Positions 1-10,493 are shown, counted from the first letter of the stretch. The stretch is 64,000 nt of DNA from an uncultured Pseudobdellovibrionaceae bacterium (GCA_964603655.1 CAZRVZ010000045.1:790-64789), one strand, 5' to 3'. Program-made: numbers and translations. Notes: generated by a model not told the origin, from the letters alone.

Positions 1-1000
1 GTTCCACCGCATCAACGGCCGTCTGGATTCGATTGCGCTCGGTAACGACTCCGGCGATATCACGGCACTTTCGAATGAGCTCCTGGTACTTGTACAAACG
101 CGCCTGATCGGCCTCGAGATTTTCGGCTATATCCCCCTCGAATTCTCGACTGATCCCAAAACTAAAAGTCTCCAGCGATTCGATCACTGCTGTCATTTTC
201 TCACAAACATCCCGACTCATTTTATTTGGGTCGTCCGATTTCCCGAGAACCAAGAGCCCCTTTTCAAGCTCCCGCAGAGCGGGCACCGCTCGGTTTTCAA
301 TCTGATCGACGCAAAAAGAAAGGGTCTCCCGGTCACGCTGAAGGCGCTCCCGCCGCGATACGCTTGCAGTCAACTCATCGAACTCCGCTTGGCTCGGGTT
401 AAATTTATCCAGCTCGGCGAGACGAAATTGTAGATAGTCCAAATTCGACGCGTTCTCCCCAGACGCTATCACCAGGGACCGGATCTCTTTAACCAAATCG
501 GCAACCTTATCGTAAATCATGCCAATCTCGCCTTTGAGCTCGCTGTGTTTTCCCAATCGATCGAGGTACTCCACGTGAGTGCCGGCATCGAGGAGACGCT
601 GGTTCTCATGCTGGCTAAAAATATCGATCAGACATTTTGATATTTCCCTTAGGGTGACGAGCGTCACGCTCACGTCATTGATCCAAGCCTGGCTCTTTCC
701 GCTCGCGAGGACCTGCCGTCTCAAAACTATCTCATCAAGAGTCGGAATTCCGAATTTTTCCATTTCACCATGAACTCTATGCTGCGAATTCACGTCGAAA
801 ATTCCAGAGACAATCGCAGCCGGCCTTCCTTCTCTAACCAGTTCCGATCCGGCCTTTGTTCCCGAGAGAAGATTTAACGCGCGAATGAGAATGGATTTAC
901 CGGCTCCGGTCTCACCGGTGATCACGTTAAATCCAGGCGAAAATTCTACCGACAGAGAATCGATAAGTGCCAGTCCACTGATCTCAAGGCGCGTGATCAT
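1..1000 (-). CDS. recN: DNA repair protein RecN, N-terminal part; gene runs off the window start
   Basis: Minus-strand translation from ATG at 998-1000 gives MITRLEISGLALIDSLSVEFSPGFNVITGETGAGKSILIRAL. This is the typical RecN N-terminus with a Walker A motif. The ORF stays open to position 1. Confidence 0.8.
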   Translation of the reverse strand, partial: MITRLEISGLALIDSLSVEFSPGFNVITGETGAGKSILIRALNLLSGTKAGSELVREGRPAAIVSGIFDVNSQHRVHGEMEKFGIPTLDEIVLRRQVLASGKSQAWINDVSVTLVTLREISKCLIDIFSQHENQRLLDAGTHVEYLDRLGKHSELKGEIGMIYDKVADLVKEIRSLVIASGENASNLDYLQFRLAELDKFNPSQAEFDELTASVSRRERLQRDRETLSFCVDQIENRAVPALRELEKGLLVLGKSDDPNKMSRDVCEKMTAVIESLETFSFGISREFEGDIAENLEADQARLYKYQELIRKCRDIAGVVTERNRIQTAVDAVE

Positions 1001-1047
1001 TTCCTCACTCTACTTGATGGGACAAAGAAGTGGCAAAGAGGCACAAC

Positions 1048-1683
1048 CTACCGAATACACATCGCGGCAAGGCGTCCGTCCATTTTGTAGGTAATGGCGC
1101 TTGTCGTAACGGACGGGTTAAACGCCCACGCCTGGTGGTTGGGCTCGATATCGCGCGTCCAGATATTGGCAAAAGGGTATTGGCTCCCGGTCAAGCCCTC
1201 CTGTTCATTTAGAAACGTACCTATCGAAGAGGTTGCGTTAAGATAAACGAAATCCCTGGTGAGCTCATCTCGACTCGGGAGCATTGCACTTAATTTTTGG
1301 CAGGCCTCGTCCGCTCTCCACCACGACTGCTTTCCGGGCACGAAAAAATACTCGTGCTGCCCATTTTCAGTTCGCCACGGCCCGTACTCCAACCCCGTCT
1401 CCGTCTCCTCAAACTCCTCACACCGAAAACTGGAATAACAGTGCGCCGTCCAAACCCGGTTCTGATAGTAGGTTTGGCAATGCCCAGAGTTTGCAACGAG
1501 CGAGGGGGTTGCCTCAAAGCCTAATTGAGTACATTGAAAACGCGCATTGGCGAACAGTTGGCTCCTGGCGTCATGCGTCGCAATATTCCCGGCGACGTAA
1601 GACTGCGCTCTACCGTCGGCTCGAATGATGGGATTGTTGGCACTAGCCACCGATGCGATAAAAAGAACCAAGAAAATTTTCAT
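1048..1683 (-). CDS. secreted C-type lectin-like domain protein
   Basis: N-terminal signal peptide MKIFLVLFIASVASA. The C-terminal WWRADEACQKLSAMLPSRDELTRDFVYL resembles the C-type lectin fold signature with conserved Cys residues. Confidence 0.45.
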   Translation of the reverse strand: MKIFLVLFIASVASANNPIIRADGRAQSYVAGNIATHDARSQLFANARFQCTQLGFEATPSLVANSGHCQTYYQNRVWTAHCYSSFRCEEFEETETGLEYGPWRTENGQHEYFFVPGKQSWWRADEACQKLSAMLPSRDELTRDFVYLNATSSIGTFLNEQEGLTGSQYPFANIWTRDIEPNHQAWAFNPSVTTSAITYKMDGRLAAMCIR

Positions 1684-1746
1684 AACCCTCCAAACCTTAC
1701 CCTCTGTAATTAGAGAATGGCCGGCGGGTCGTCACGACTCGTTGTG

Positions 1747-2667
1747 TCAATCAACGATCAAACGAAACGACTCATCTTTCAGTCGTTGGTAAAGCTCAGG
1801 CGACTTACCCTTGGATACCGTAGCCTGGCGAACGCCATCTTTCCCGCAAAACTCCGCACTCACGTGGCCGGAATGTTTTTTTACCTGCCCGATTACGCGC
1901 TCGCCAGAAATCACCTGGTCCTGGCGACCCAACCGGTCCATGACCAAAAAGCTGATCGGCAGTGACCGGAGATCAATTCCAAGTCGAGTAGCGGCAGTTC
2001 TCCAGAACTCGGTTTGAAAGGCTACGAGAGGGATTGCCCCAAAAAAATGGCACCAGGAATCGCCCTTAACGAGCGGGCATGCGCTCGAATGAGTACAGGG
2101 AGCGACCACTTTGAGCGGGAGTTTTTCCCGCACACCCGAAAGTCTCTGGCCGTTTTCCTTGTCACCCGGCTCCACCCAGATAATCATGCGTGCGGTTTTT
2201 AGGTTTTCCAAGAGGACGTCCAGATCGTTCTTACTGAGTTCCGACAACACGTGACTCACGATTACAATTGAATCTTCCCAGCGAATTTCACCGTCCACAA
2301 TCTCCATGGTCAGACCCTTACTGCGCCCATATTCACCGACCGTTCGATGGGTGAACTCTCTAGCCAATGCAGATCGATCCCAACATTGATAGCTCTTCAC
2401 TTCGAATCGTGATAAAAATGCCCGACTGGCTATCCCGGTCCCCGATCCCCATTCTACGAGGTGCAAATCACCAGTGCTGACCCATTCATTCAACGAGATC
2501 TCATTTAAAACATTTTCCCATTTCCATAAAATGCGCTGTCCCAGCGTGCGATCGTATAGTTCCAGAAGTTCCCGAGTCCAGTAATCGACGCCGGTGTCAC
2601 GATCCAAAAAACGGCTGCGAAGCCGGCGAAGGCTTTCCCATTCCTCGTGACTGATGAAGTCTTTCAT
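1747..2667 (-). CDS. class I SAM-dependent methyltransferase, Rsm22-like
   Basis: VEWGSGTG glycine-rich SAM-binding motif plus a C-terminal Cys cluster (PCTHSSACPL) typical of bacterial Rsm22-family methyltransferases. Confidence 0.5.
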   Translation of the reverse strand: MKDFISHEEWESLRRLRSRFLDRDTGVDYWTRELLELYDRTLGQRILWKWENVLNEISLNEWVSTGDLHLVEWGSGTGIASRAFLSRFEVKSYQCWDRSALAREFTHRTVGEYGRSKGLTMEIVDGEIRWEDSIVIVSHVLSELSKNDLDVLLENLKTARMIIWVEPGDKENGQRLSGVREKLPLKVVAPCTHSSACPLVKGDSWCHFFGAIPLVAFQTEFWRTAATRLGIDLRSLPISFLVMDRLGRQDQVISGERVIGQVKKHSGHVSAEFCGKDGVRQATVSKGKSPELYQRLKDESFRLIVD

Positions 2668-3260
2668 GGAATCTGCGGTAGGGCGTCGGCCACGCGTTTC
2701 ACGGAATCCGGAAAGACGCTCAGATCAAGTGTGGTAGCGCGCGCGTAGTGTTTGAGATCCCTTAAGCACACGGCCCGCGCGGCGGTCATCACGTCCGTGG
2801 CCAGCGCGCATTTCCTCAGAAACTCCGCCCCGACCGGAACCAATTTGACGTCCCCATCCATCGCATCGGCAATGGCACCTAGCTCATCTGCGACGTCGAT
2901 GACTTCGCTCGGCGTGTGGTGAAAATCGGTCCGGCCTTTTTTCTTAATCTCAGCCATTCGCGGCAGCCGTTTCCACGCCCTTTCGATGAGCAAAGAGAAC
3001 TCGGATGGTGGAGAAACCTCATTGGGTTGGGCTTTGATGGCAGAATTCGTCGGTACCGGCATCACGACCACCTTTGCGGGCCTTGCAACTTCCAGCAATC
3101 GCGGCAACGGTAGCACAGCCGAAGCTAGCTCCTGTTTTTCTAGGGCCTTCATCTTACCTGCGACGGGACTCGACCTCGGCTCATCATCAAAATAATGACC
3201 CACCAAATAGGTGACATACACAATAATGGCCCCGGCAATAATCAACTTCGTTTTTCTCAC
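2664..3260 (-). CDS. hypothetical membrane-anchored protein
   Basis: 198-aa ORF with one N-terminal TM helix (LIIAGAIIVYVTYLV). It overlaps the neighbouring genes by 4 nt, a sign of translational coupling. Confidence 0.4.
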   Translation of the reverse strand: MRKTKLIIAGAIIVYVTYLVGHYFDDEPRSSPVAGKMKALEKQELASAVLPLPRLLEVARPAKVVVMPVPTNSAIKAQPNEVSPPSEFSLLIERAWKRLPRMAEIKKKGRTDFHHTPSEVIDVADELGAIADAMDGDVKLVPVGAEFLRKCALATDVMTAARAVCLRDLKHYARATTLDLSVFPDSVKRVADALPQIP

Positions 3261-4171
3261 GGAATTGCCTCCGGCCGCGGGTCCCGCATGATCGCCGTGG
3301 GAAGCGTGCGGGTCAGCAGATCGGCAATATTTAAGTCAAGCGCGCGAGTCTCTTTGCTGGAACACCAGGTACAAATAGCGCGCAGCCTTTCCAAAATCAC
3401 ACGCCCCACTGGATACGGGCCGTTTAGGCTATCATCGCACGCGTACTCGCCCTTTAAATTTCCATCGATACACTTCTTGTGCAAGAATGCTGCGTGGGTG
3501 CCGTTACCATCGCAGTGCCTTGCCTCGTGAAAGAGCGTTCCCAATCTGAAATACGAACTGACATCATCCTTGGAACTCCCGCCGGGCGTCTTATCGAGAG
3601 TAAATAGACCTTTGCCGATCATAAACAACCCCACCCGGGGTGACTTAATGTAGAGTTTTTCAGAGGAGAGTTGCAGTGAGTACAACTGCTTATTGTCTTT
3701 TCCAGTAGTGTATGACCCGGCACCCACGTTTCGCATGATAATCGTCGACCCCCAGGGATCGATAGATTCCGAAAGAGACGGCGTGTACGGCACGTTGGAT
3801 CGCTCGACCGTTTTATTTTCCTTGAATGTCTCGCCCACGACATGGTGGTAACGGGCCTGCATCCAACTTCTTAAGTCCTCGTTGGAAAAGCTCGCAATGT
3901 TTAAAATGTCCTTATCCGTTGATAGATCGGTGAAGCCAACATCGGACAGAATCTCTAGATCCTTTTCCATCAGCTCCACCTGCCACTCGGGCACACTGGC
4001 ATCGTAGTTCACCACTACCTTGTCGACGCTCTTTTCGCCCGACCCGCTGCGATGGCCCTTATTGAAGATGCCCCGGATAATGCCGCAGCCCGAGGTCAAA
4101 CAGAGCGTGAGAATCAGCGCAACAATCGGATAGCGGAATATGGAAGCTCGCTTATGCATCTTTAAGGTCAC
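3257..4171 (-). CDS. lipoprotein, putative zinc metallopeptidase (HEXXH)
   Basis: Signal peptide with lipobox LTSGC. Contains the motif LFHEARHCDG, an HExxH zinc-binding signature. Confidence 0.4.
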   Translation of the reverse strand: MTLKMHKRASIFRYPIVALILTLCLTSGCGIIRGIFNKGHRSGSGEKSVDKVVVNYDASVPEWQVELMEKDLEILSDVGFTDLSTDKDILNIASFSNEDLRSWMQARYHHVVGETFKENKTVERSNVPYTPSLSESIDPWGSTIIMRNVGAGSYTTGKDNKQLYSLQLSSEKLYIKSPRVGLFMIGKGLFTLDKTPGGSSKDDVSSYFRLGTLFHEARHCDGNGTHAAFLHKKCIDGNLKGEYACDDSLNGPYPVGRVILERLRAICTWCSSKETRALDLNIADLLTRTLPTAIMRDPRPEAIP

Positions 4172-4323
4172 CTAAGAGGTGAATACAGCCTTAGGTATCA
4201 TGACTGCAATCATAAGGCCCAGCACGGAGCAGAGCCCAGGCACAAAACACACAGGAAATCACCCCCGCGGACCCCGCATCAGCCACGCTGGCTAACAAAA
4301 ATTGTCACCGGCCCGCAGACCGG

Positions 4324-6336
4324 CTACTTGCCGCCGTAAAAGTGCGACCAAAAAGGGGCGACACTTTCCAGCGTACTCCCGCCCATAACCTCGATGCGCC
4401 GTCGGTCACTGGATATTTTCCAGGGTTGATCGACATATCCCCTAAAGGCCGCGATATCCCGGCCACGATCGATGAGCGCCCAGGCCCACGGTTCATTGAT
4501 ACTCTCTGTGGCAGCGTATTTGGCAAACAGGGCCTTCATCTCGTCCACCTCTCTGAGCGCCTTAATGCGCTGAAGATCCGAGAGAAGTTTAATAGCAACC
4601 TCACGGCACTTGTCATAATCGACAACTGCGAGCACCTGATTTCCCGGCGTCACCACGACGCCGCCGTCTTTGGACACCCAGGCAATTGCCTTGGCTTCTA
4701 GTAGTTTAGAAATCAAGAGAAACCGACCCCTAACGTGGGCCTGTGCCAAACTCTTGGACCGCGAAACGGCCGCCGAAAAATCGATCGCGAGATAAAGATC
4801 CCACAGCGTTTTCTTCAGACGGTTAAGCGTCACCGCATCAGCAACGACACCGCTTTCGATCAACTTCGGGTCGGTGCCAAATACCAGGCCCGTCAGATCG
4901 GCCCGCTCCTCTTCGAGCGATGCCCCGAGTGACCCCAAGGCCACGCTCGGATCCAACCCGTCGGCATATTTTTTGGTATCGTAGGTGCCAGACCCATGGC
5001 CGATAATCTCGTGCAATAACACGTGCACCGTTTTTCCCGTATCGTAGAGTTCCATGATGTCTTTTACCCGGTCAGCAGTCGTAAACGCCTCGACCACCTG
5101 AGCCCGCATTGCCTTGGCCTCCGGGTCCTCGGCCTGGCCCGGCATTGGCAAGCGGATGACGTTTTTGAAACCAATGTCCTTTCTAATGTCCTCATAATTG
5201 GGAAGATTAAATCCACCAGTTCGAATGGGCGACACCTCTTCAAAATAATACCCCATAATCGCAGGCGGGGAATAATCGGCCGGGAAGGTTTTCTTGTAGG
5301 CCTTTAATTCACCCTCGACCTCGAATTCATAGGGCATCTGGTTTTCAAAATACTGGGCGTTTTTCGCCAGCGCCGAAGATTTTTTAGTCACGTCGCGATC
5401 TACGATCAGCACGTAGTTCTCCCACGAACCAATCCGATTGAGCCAGTCATCATACGTTTCCACCCAACCGATCATGAGATCGATAGTGGAATCGGTGCGA
5501 TCCTTTAGCCACTCGATATTAAACTGCCTAAAATCGGCCTCATCACCGGACACCAGATATTTGAGAAAGTAATCTATCTGGTTCCTCTGCCGCTCTGTGC
5601 CCGCGAAATTTTTCGCGAGCCTAAGGTGGTGATCAATTTCCTTAAGCTTTTTTCCCACCACGCCGGGACTCTTCACCGTGTGGAGATCGCACTCGAGGTC
5701 GAGCTCGCCGCGCACCACTCGGCAATTCAGCGAAGGTTTGAGCGTCTTATCCAGAGCCTTATTGACCTCATCCTTTGAAATGCCCTTTTCGTAAAAGTTT
5801 CCACCTGTCTCCTCGAGGCGATCCGCATCGGTGACTGGTTTTCGCTTGAGCTCATAGGTAGGAACGAGCATCAAATCGAGCGTCTCCTTTTCAGACGCTG
5901 GACTGAGCGGGCCAAATATTTTAAAGATTTCGCCCAACTGCTCTCGAGACACTTTGGTCAAAACATACTTGGTTTGCGAACGCATGTCGTAGGGGCCGTA
6001 GTTATCCAGAAATTTGGCGGTATAAACCAGGTACTCACCAAAGGCCTGAGGTCCCAGCAGAGTCTTGGTGTCGTTGATATGGGCCCTTGTCAGAGAACTG
6101 GTCAGGGCGTCCCGAATGACCAGCGCGTGGCGATGGCTTTCATGATACATGAGACTTCGCCCGGCACGGGCCGCGTTCATGAGATGAAAGGCCAGATTTC
6201 TTTCCTGTGAGGTCAACCGCTTCCAAACCTCAGCCCGCGGTAACGAACTCTCCACCCGCACCGAATCCGGCAACTGGGCCGGGGCCGAAGCCTGCGCCAT
6301 CGCACAAATGAGCGTCATCAATAGGTTAATAATCAT
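4324..6336 (-). CDS. secreted M49-family dipeptidyl-peptidase III
   Basis: Signal peptide. HEIIGHGSG (the HExxGH motif) followed by EEERADL (the EExRAE motif) are the two zinc-binding motifs of peptidase family M49. Confidence 0.7.
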   Translation of the reverse strand: MIINLLMTLICAMAQASAPAQLPDSVRVESSLPRAEVWKRLTSQERNLAFHLMNAARAGRSLMYHESHRHALVIRDALTSSLTRAHINDTKTLLGPQAFGEYLVYTAKFLDNYGPYDMRSQTKYVLTKVSREQLGEIFKIFGPLSPASEKETLDLMLVPTYELKRKPVTDADRLEETGGNFYEKGISKDEVNKALDKTLKPSLNCRVVRGELDLECDLHTVKSPGVVGKKLKEIDHHLRLAKNFAGTERQRNQIDYFLKYLVSGDEADFRQFNIEWLKDRTDSTIDLMIGWVETYDDWLNRIGSWENYVLIVDRDVTKKSSALAKNAQYFENQMPYEFEVEGELKAYKKTFPADYSPPAIMGYYFEEVSPIRTGGFNLPNYEDIRKDIGFKNVIRLPMPGQAEDPEAKAMRAQVVEAFTTADRVKDIMELYDTGKTVHVLLHEIIGHGSGTYDTKKYADGLDPSVALGSLGASLEEERADLTGLVFGTDPKLIESGVVADAVTLNRLKKTLWDLYLAIDFSAAVSRSKSLAQAHVRGRFLLISKLLEAKAIAWVSKDGGVVVTPGNQVLAVVDYDKCREVAIKLLSDLQRIKALREVDEMKALFAKYAATESINEPWAWALIDRGRDIAAFRGYVDQPWKISSDRRRIEVMGGSTLESVAPFWSHFYGGK

Positions 6337-6474
6337 GGGTCACCTCCACTTAAGTGTATTTGCAATACACATTTAAGCTTTCACGTTTAGGAGGCACAAC
6401 CTACCACATACAGGAGGTGAGAATAAAGTGAAGACAACAAAGGTGAGACATCGGAAACGCTCGAGCTAGATCCC

Positions 6475-6906
6475 TCAACCAATCGGATCGCTAGGTCTTA
6501 GTGCTGGAAATCTCCAGAAATCCCTATCGTGCGTAAAAATTTTCGAGATGCCATTGGCTTCAAGGACAGAGGCTATCACAGCGTCTGGTACGAGTTTCCC
6601 CTTAATCGCCAAGCGCTGACTCAGGTTCACAAAAATCTCCCACGACGTTTCGTCCGGAGCCAGGACAGTCGCACCTAGCGCATCACAAACACTACGCACG
6701 TTTTCTAGTGCGATTTTCGGCGGGAGTGGATTCTTAAAAATGCCGGGGTGAGTAGAAATACGAAGGAACCCGTATAGCGTATCCCAAACAAAATGGCAGT
6801 CACCCTCCCCGATCTGATTATCCAGAAACTCTCTTGCCTTTGCATGGAACGGACTATCGCTATCGGTAGCATACAGCAGGATATTAATATCTATGGAGTA
6901 CTTCAC
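6475..6906 (-). CDS. vapC: type II toxin VapC (PIN-domain ribonuclease)
   Basis: 143 aa starting MKYSIDINILLYATDSDSPFHAKAREFL, with PIN-domain acidic residues. It overlaps the upstream antitoxin ORF by 4 nt. Confidence 0.7.
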   Translation of the reverse strand: MKYSIDINILLYATDSDSPFHAKAREFLDNQIGEGDCHFVWDTLYGFLRISTHPGIFKNPLPPKIALENVRSVCDALGATVLAPDETSWEIFVNLSQRLAIKGKLVPDAVIASVLEANGISKIFTHDRDFWRFPALRPSDPIG

Positions 6907-7151
6907 TTTCGAGGATCGGTATCGAGTTTTTTATACAGTTCATCCGAATCGTTATAATCGATTTTCGCTTTCATCGATTGGCTGTGCCAATCAATCTTTT
7001 TCGCCCGCTTGGGCACACGCACGGCTGTCGTTTTTAAGCCGATTTCCATGAGACTGGACATGACCTTGCCCATGGCCCTACCCTCTTGGCGAGCCAGTTC
7101 TTTTACGGCTTTGAGCAGCGACGGGGCCAATGAAATCGTCGTTCGCTTCAT
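6903..7151 (-). CDS. vapB: type II antitoxin VapB (ribbon-helix-helix/CopG-like)
   Basis: 82-aa ORF MKRTTISLAPSLLKAVKELARQEGRAMGKVMSSLMEIG, the ribbon-helix-helix pattern, sitting immediately upstream of and overlapping the PIN toxin. Confidence 0.6.
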   Translation of the reverse strand: MKRTTISLAPSLLKAVKELARQEGRAMGKVMSSLMEIGLKTTAVRVPKRAKKIDWHSQSMKAKIDYNDSDELYKKLDTDPRK

Positions 7152-7234
7152 TTATCCATTGTGGCAAAAGTGATGTGATGATGTCAATACTAGTGATGCT
7201 CTGATGCGTAAAAAATAGAGTAAAGAACCGGCTT

Positions 7235-8953
7235 CTATTCGAGCGGGCACTCCGTCCAGCTCTCCACCTGAAACTGCGGATCCAGTTGCCGGCGGATGTT
7301 GGTTGCCGCGCAGTGCCCCCGAAACAGCGCCTCTTCGAAGGCGGGTGTGCCGAGGTTATTGTTGGCAAAATAGATGCGCCCAAACGGCGGACGCATCTGG
7401 GCCGCTTTCGTAAAATGGCCCGGTTCAACCGTGTGCAGCGAAAACGGCCAACGATACGTTTCCACCTTCTTAACCTCAATTTTCTGATTCCACTCACGTT
7501 CGAGAAGTGGGTTAAAAATCTCTGTCAGACGATTGGTGGCGGTGACAGCCTGCGCGCGGGCTGCCTCGAACGAAAAACCGGCACCCACCCAGTTCGGAAG
7601 CAGTGGATTGTAAACGGTCAATATGCCAACCTCGTCTTTCGGGTGCGATTTAAAATCGCGCATACCTTCATAACCGCGAATGGAGGGATCCTGCCACCGA
7701 GCATTGATGACATCGGTAAAGTCGCTAGGGTCAAAGTTCGCGGCCCGCACCCAGGTATCGTAAGTCGCCCGGTACGGATGCCCCTTTGTCCAAACATTGT
7801 GAATTGCAAAGTGGGCGTATTGCAGCTCCTTAAAAAGTTTGAATTGTTCGGGCGCCTTTTGTTCCAATCCGGAGATGAGTGTGGTCGCAAGCTTTAGCTG
7901 TGCAGCAAACACCACGAATTTGGCCCTGGCGCTAAAGCCATTTTTACCCTCTGTAAAACGGACCTCCACAGCATCCAAGCCGTTTTCAATTCCGATCACG
8001 GTCGCCCCATTTCGCAGAGTTACGGGCGTCGCGTTCAGCATTCCAATAATTTTTTCCGCGGCGATGCCCGTTCCAATTTCGGATGCAAAACGCGTATCAA
8101 TTTCGGAAATATAAAAATTGGCGAAAGCCATTGCCGACAGGTGGGAAGTGGGCGCCCCCAGTGCCGAACGAGCAAATTGATCTAGAAACTGAATCACATC
8201 CCGCATTGGGTCCTTGGCATCAACCCGAGGGTCCGCCTTTAATTTATTCAAAAGCGCACGTGATTGGGCGTCGGACCGGGTACTTGCCCGACGGGGCATG
8301 GACCGAATCCAAGAAGCAGCACTAATTTTGTCGAGCGCTTTACGGGGCGCCTTTTCCATCGGCTGATTTGGAATCAGCCCCTGCTTATCCGCAATTTCCA
8401 ATTCATGTTTAAAAAGCGCAAAGCTGGATGGCAGTGTCTCAAGTACCGTTTCATCCTCCCACAACCCCGGGTATAGTTTTCCGTTCCATAAATAGGAATC
8501 GATGGGTTCGGGAATGGAATATTTATTTTCATAATCCCCCAAACCAATCCGCTCCAAAATCTTTCTCTCTTCGGCGTAGGCAGGTGTCCAATAGGCGGCG
8601 CCTCGGCAATAACGAATACCGTTCTCAGTTCCCCCGGCTGCAAGCCCACCCATGACCGCCTCTTTTTCCAGCAGAAGTACCTTAAGGTTAGAATCGCCCA
8701 GATAAAGAGAAGCCGAAAGCCCGGCTAACCCGCCCCCCACGACTATCGCATCGTATTGCTGAGGCAAGGGAGTAAACGGACCATTCACCGACTGTGCAAA
8801 GGATGCTTCGTCAGCGCCCAGCACTTCGACCGGGTACTGCGAGTACTCTGTCGAAAAGGCCTGCCAGGCAAAGGAAACGAGTAACCACACCATATAAACC
8901 TCACCGTTCTTATTGATACAGCTGGCTATAATGACCATGCAATGGCGCGTCAA
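7235..8953 (-). CDS. FAD/NAD(P)-binding oxidoreductase (amine oxidase/desaturase-like), probably secreted
   Basis: DAIVVGGGLAGLSASLYL...LLLEKEAVMGGLAAGG is a Rossmann dinucleotide-binding motif. The start could instead be the internal ATG at 8893 (MVWLLVSFAWQAFS, a signal-like segment). Confidence 0.55.
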   Translation of the reverse strand: MTRHCMVIIASCINKNGEVYMVWLLVSFAWQAFSTEYSQYPVEVLGADEASFAQSVNGPFTPLPQQYDAIVVGGGLAGLSASLYLGDSNLKVLLLEKEAVMGGLAAGGTENGIRYCRGAAYWTPAYAEERKILERIGLGDYENKYSIPEPIDSYLWNGKLYPGLWEDETVLETLPSSFALFKHELEIADKQGLIPNQPMEKAPRKALDKISAASWIRSMPRRASTRSDAQSRALLNKLKADPRVDAKDPMRDVIQFLDQFARSALGAPTSHLSAMAFANFYISEIDTRFASEIGTGIAAEKIIGMLNATPVTLRNGATVIGIENGLDAVEVRFTEGKNGFSARAKFVVFAAQLKLATTLISGLEQKAPEQFKLFKELQYAHFAIHNVWTKGHPYRATYDTWVRAANFDPSDFTDVINARWQDPSIRGYEGMRDFKSHPKDEVGILTVYNPLLPNWVGAGFSFEAARAQAVTATNRLTEIFNPLLEREWNQKIEVKKVETYRWPFSLHTVEPGHFTKAAQMRPPFGRIYFANNNLGTPAFEEALFRGHCAATNIRRQLDPQFQVESWTECPLE

Positions 8954-9128
8954 TGCAGGTGCCTAAATTCCGTTGGCAGGACTTAAACTCGGTCGCGCCT
9001 TTTTTTATTTAATCCAGTTTCCTTAAGGGGCTAGGCGTAGTCTTTTTTGAAGTTCTTGCCACTACCGCAGTGGCAGGGCTCATTGCTGACAGGCTGCCGT
9101 TTCTGTTACCCTTTCACACTGCCTCTGC

Positions 9129-10493
9129 CTACCTCAGCCCCAGCTCCTTCATTTTGAGCTGAAGCCCTTTGCGGCTCATGTTCAGGTGTCTCGCAGCATG
9201 GGTGACATTTCCGTCCGTTTTACCCAGCGCCAATTCAATAGCTTTGGTCTCCACTCGTCGGGTCACATCTCGAACCTGGTCCTTTAACGATGTGTGGGCC
9301 GTGTTTTGGCTCTCTAGAAACCGTTTGTCCTCAAATTCCAAAACCTCTTCCGGCAGTTCCTCCGCTACAATGTTTCCCGTTTCGTTAATGACCACCAACC
9401 TCTCGATGGTATTTTCGAGTTGGCGAATATTTCCAGGCCAAGGAAACTGGCATAACAGTTCGAGCGCCTCGGGCGTCACGGTACAACTCGAACGTTTGAG
9501 CTGACCCGCCATTTTTTTAACGAAAAACCCGACCAATTGAGGAATATCTTCTGGTCGTTCTCTGAGCGGGGGCAAATGCACCGGCACAACGTTGAGTCTG
9601 TAAAACAGATCTCCCCGAAAGCGACCGTCCCTTACATCGGCCTCCAGATCACGATTCGTGGCGGTCACCAACCTGACGTCGACCTTCAGTGTTCGTACGC
9701 CTCCCACACGCTCAAAGGACTTGTCCTGAAGCACCCTCAGGAGTTTTACCTGCATCTCAACTGGCATTTCGCCTATTTCGTCCAAAAAAAGCGTCCCGCC
9801 GTCGGCAAGTTCAAAGCGGCCAGGTTTCGTCGCAACCGCCCCGGTGAACGCTCCCCTTTCATGGCCAAACAACTCGCTTTCCATGAGCCCGGGTGGAATC
9901 GCGGCACAATTTATTTTAATGAATGGCCCCGATGCGCGATTACTCTTGTCGTGTAACCCTTGAGCGATCAGCTCCTTGCCGGTGCCGCTCTCGCCCGAAA
10001 TAAGCACTGTAGACTCAGTGGCGGCTACCTTTTCAATCAAACTAAACACTTTCATCAACTTTTCATGTTTTCCGATCATGGGAACGGGTTCCGAGCCCTG
10101 GCAATTGCCCGAAGGGGAACTGTGAAATGCGTACGTCTTGACAGCTTTGGAAATCACCCTCACCAGCTCACTGCGATCAAACGGTTTGGTCAGGTAATCA
10201 AACGCTCCCTTTTTCATGGCATCCACTGCAGAATCAACCGTTCCGTGCGCGGTGAGAATGATAAACGGAATCGGGAGTCGTTCTCCCACCACCCACCTAA
10301 GTAATGACAAACCATCTTCCCGGTCGAGCTTCAAGTCAGATAGCACTACCTGAATAGATTCGCGCCGCAGTGACTCGCGGGCCTCGGCAACCGACTCGGC
10401 AGTCGTTACTTCGAATCCCTCGAATTGAAGCATTCGACTTAAAATAGTTCGAATGTTGTCTTCATCATCAACAATCAATATTCTCGTCGCCAT
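9129..10493 (-). CDS. sigma-54-dependent response regulator (NtrC family)
   Basis: Receiver domain (ILIVDDEDNIR...DLKLD). AAA+ domain with GESGTGKELIAQ Walker A and an ESELFGHERGAF (GAFTGA-type) motif. C-terminal Fis-type HTH. Confidence 0.85.
   Translation of the reverse strand: MATRILIVDDEDNIRTILSRMLQFEGFEVTTAESVAEARESLRRESIQVVLSDLKLDREDGLSLLRWVVGERLPIPFIILTAHGTVDSAVDAMKKGAFDYLTKPFDRSELVRVISKAVKTYAFHSSPSGNCQGSEPVPMIGKHEKLMKVFSLIEKVAATESTVLISGESGTGKELIAQGLHDKSNRASGPFIKINCAAIPPGLMESELFGHERGAFTGAVATKPGRFELADGGTLFLDEIGEMPVEMQVKLLRVLQDKSFERVGGVRTLKVDVRLVTATNRDLEADVRDGRFRGDLFYRLNVVPVHLPPLRERPEDIPQLVGFFVKKMAGQLKRSSCTVTPEALELLCQFPWPGNIRQLENTIERLVVINETGNIVAEELPEEVLEFEDKRFLESQNTAHTSLKDQVRDVTRRVETKAIELALGKTDGNVTHAARHLNMSRKGLQLKMKELGLR

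Noticed and set aside
4250-4323. Possible rho-independent terminator after the DPP-III gene (GC-rich segment then TTTTTG on the minus strand)
   Set aside because: I could not establish a convincing stem. ccgg repeats give direct rather than inverted symmetry.
7078-7497. 139-aa Arg-rich ORF on the minus strand
   Set aside because: It overlaps the 3' end of the FAD oxidoreductase gene in another frame and has an R/K-rich biased composition. A spurious frame.
9079-9094. TGGCAGggctcATTGC resembling a sigma-54 -24/-12 element
   Set aside because: Spacing is one nucleotide too long. It is oriented so that it would transcribe antisense into the NtrC-family gene. Considered a chance match.
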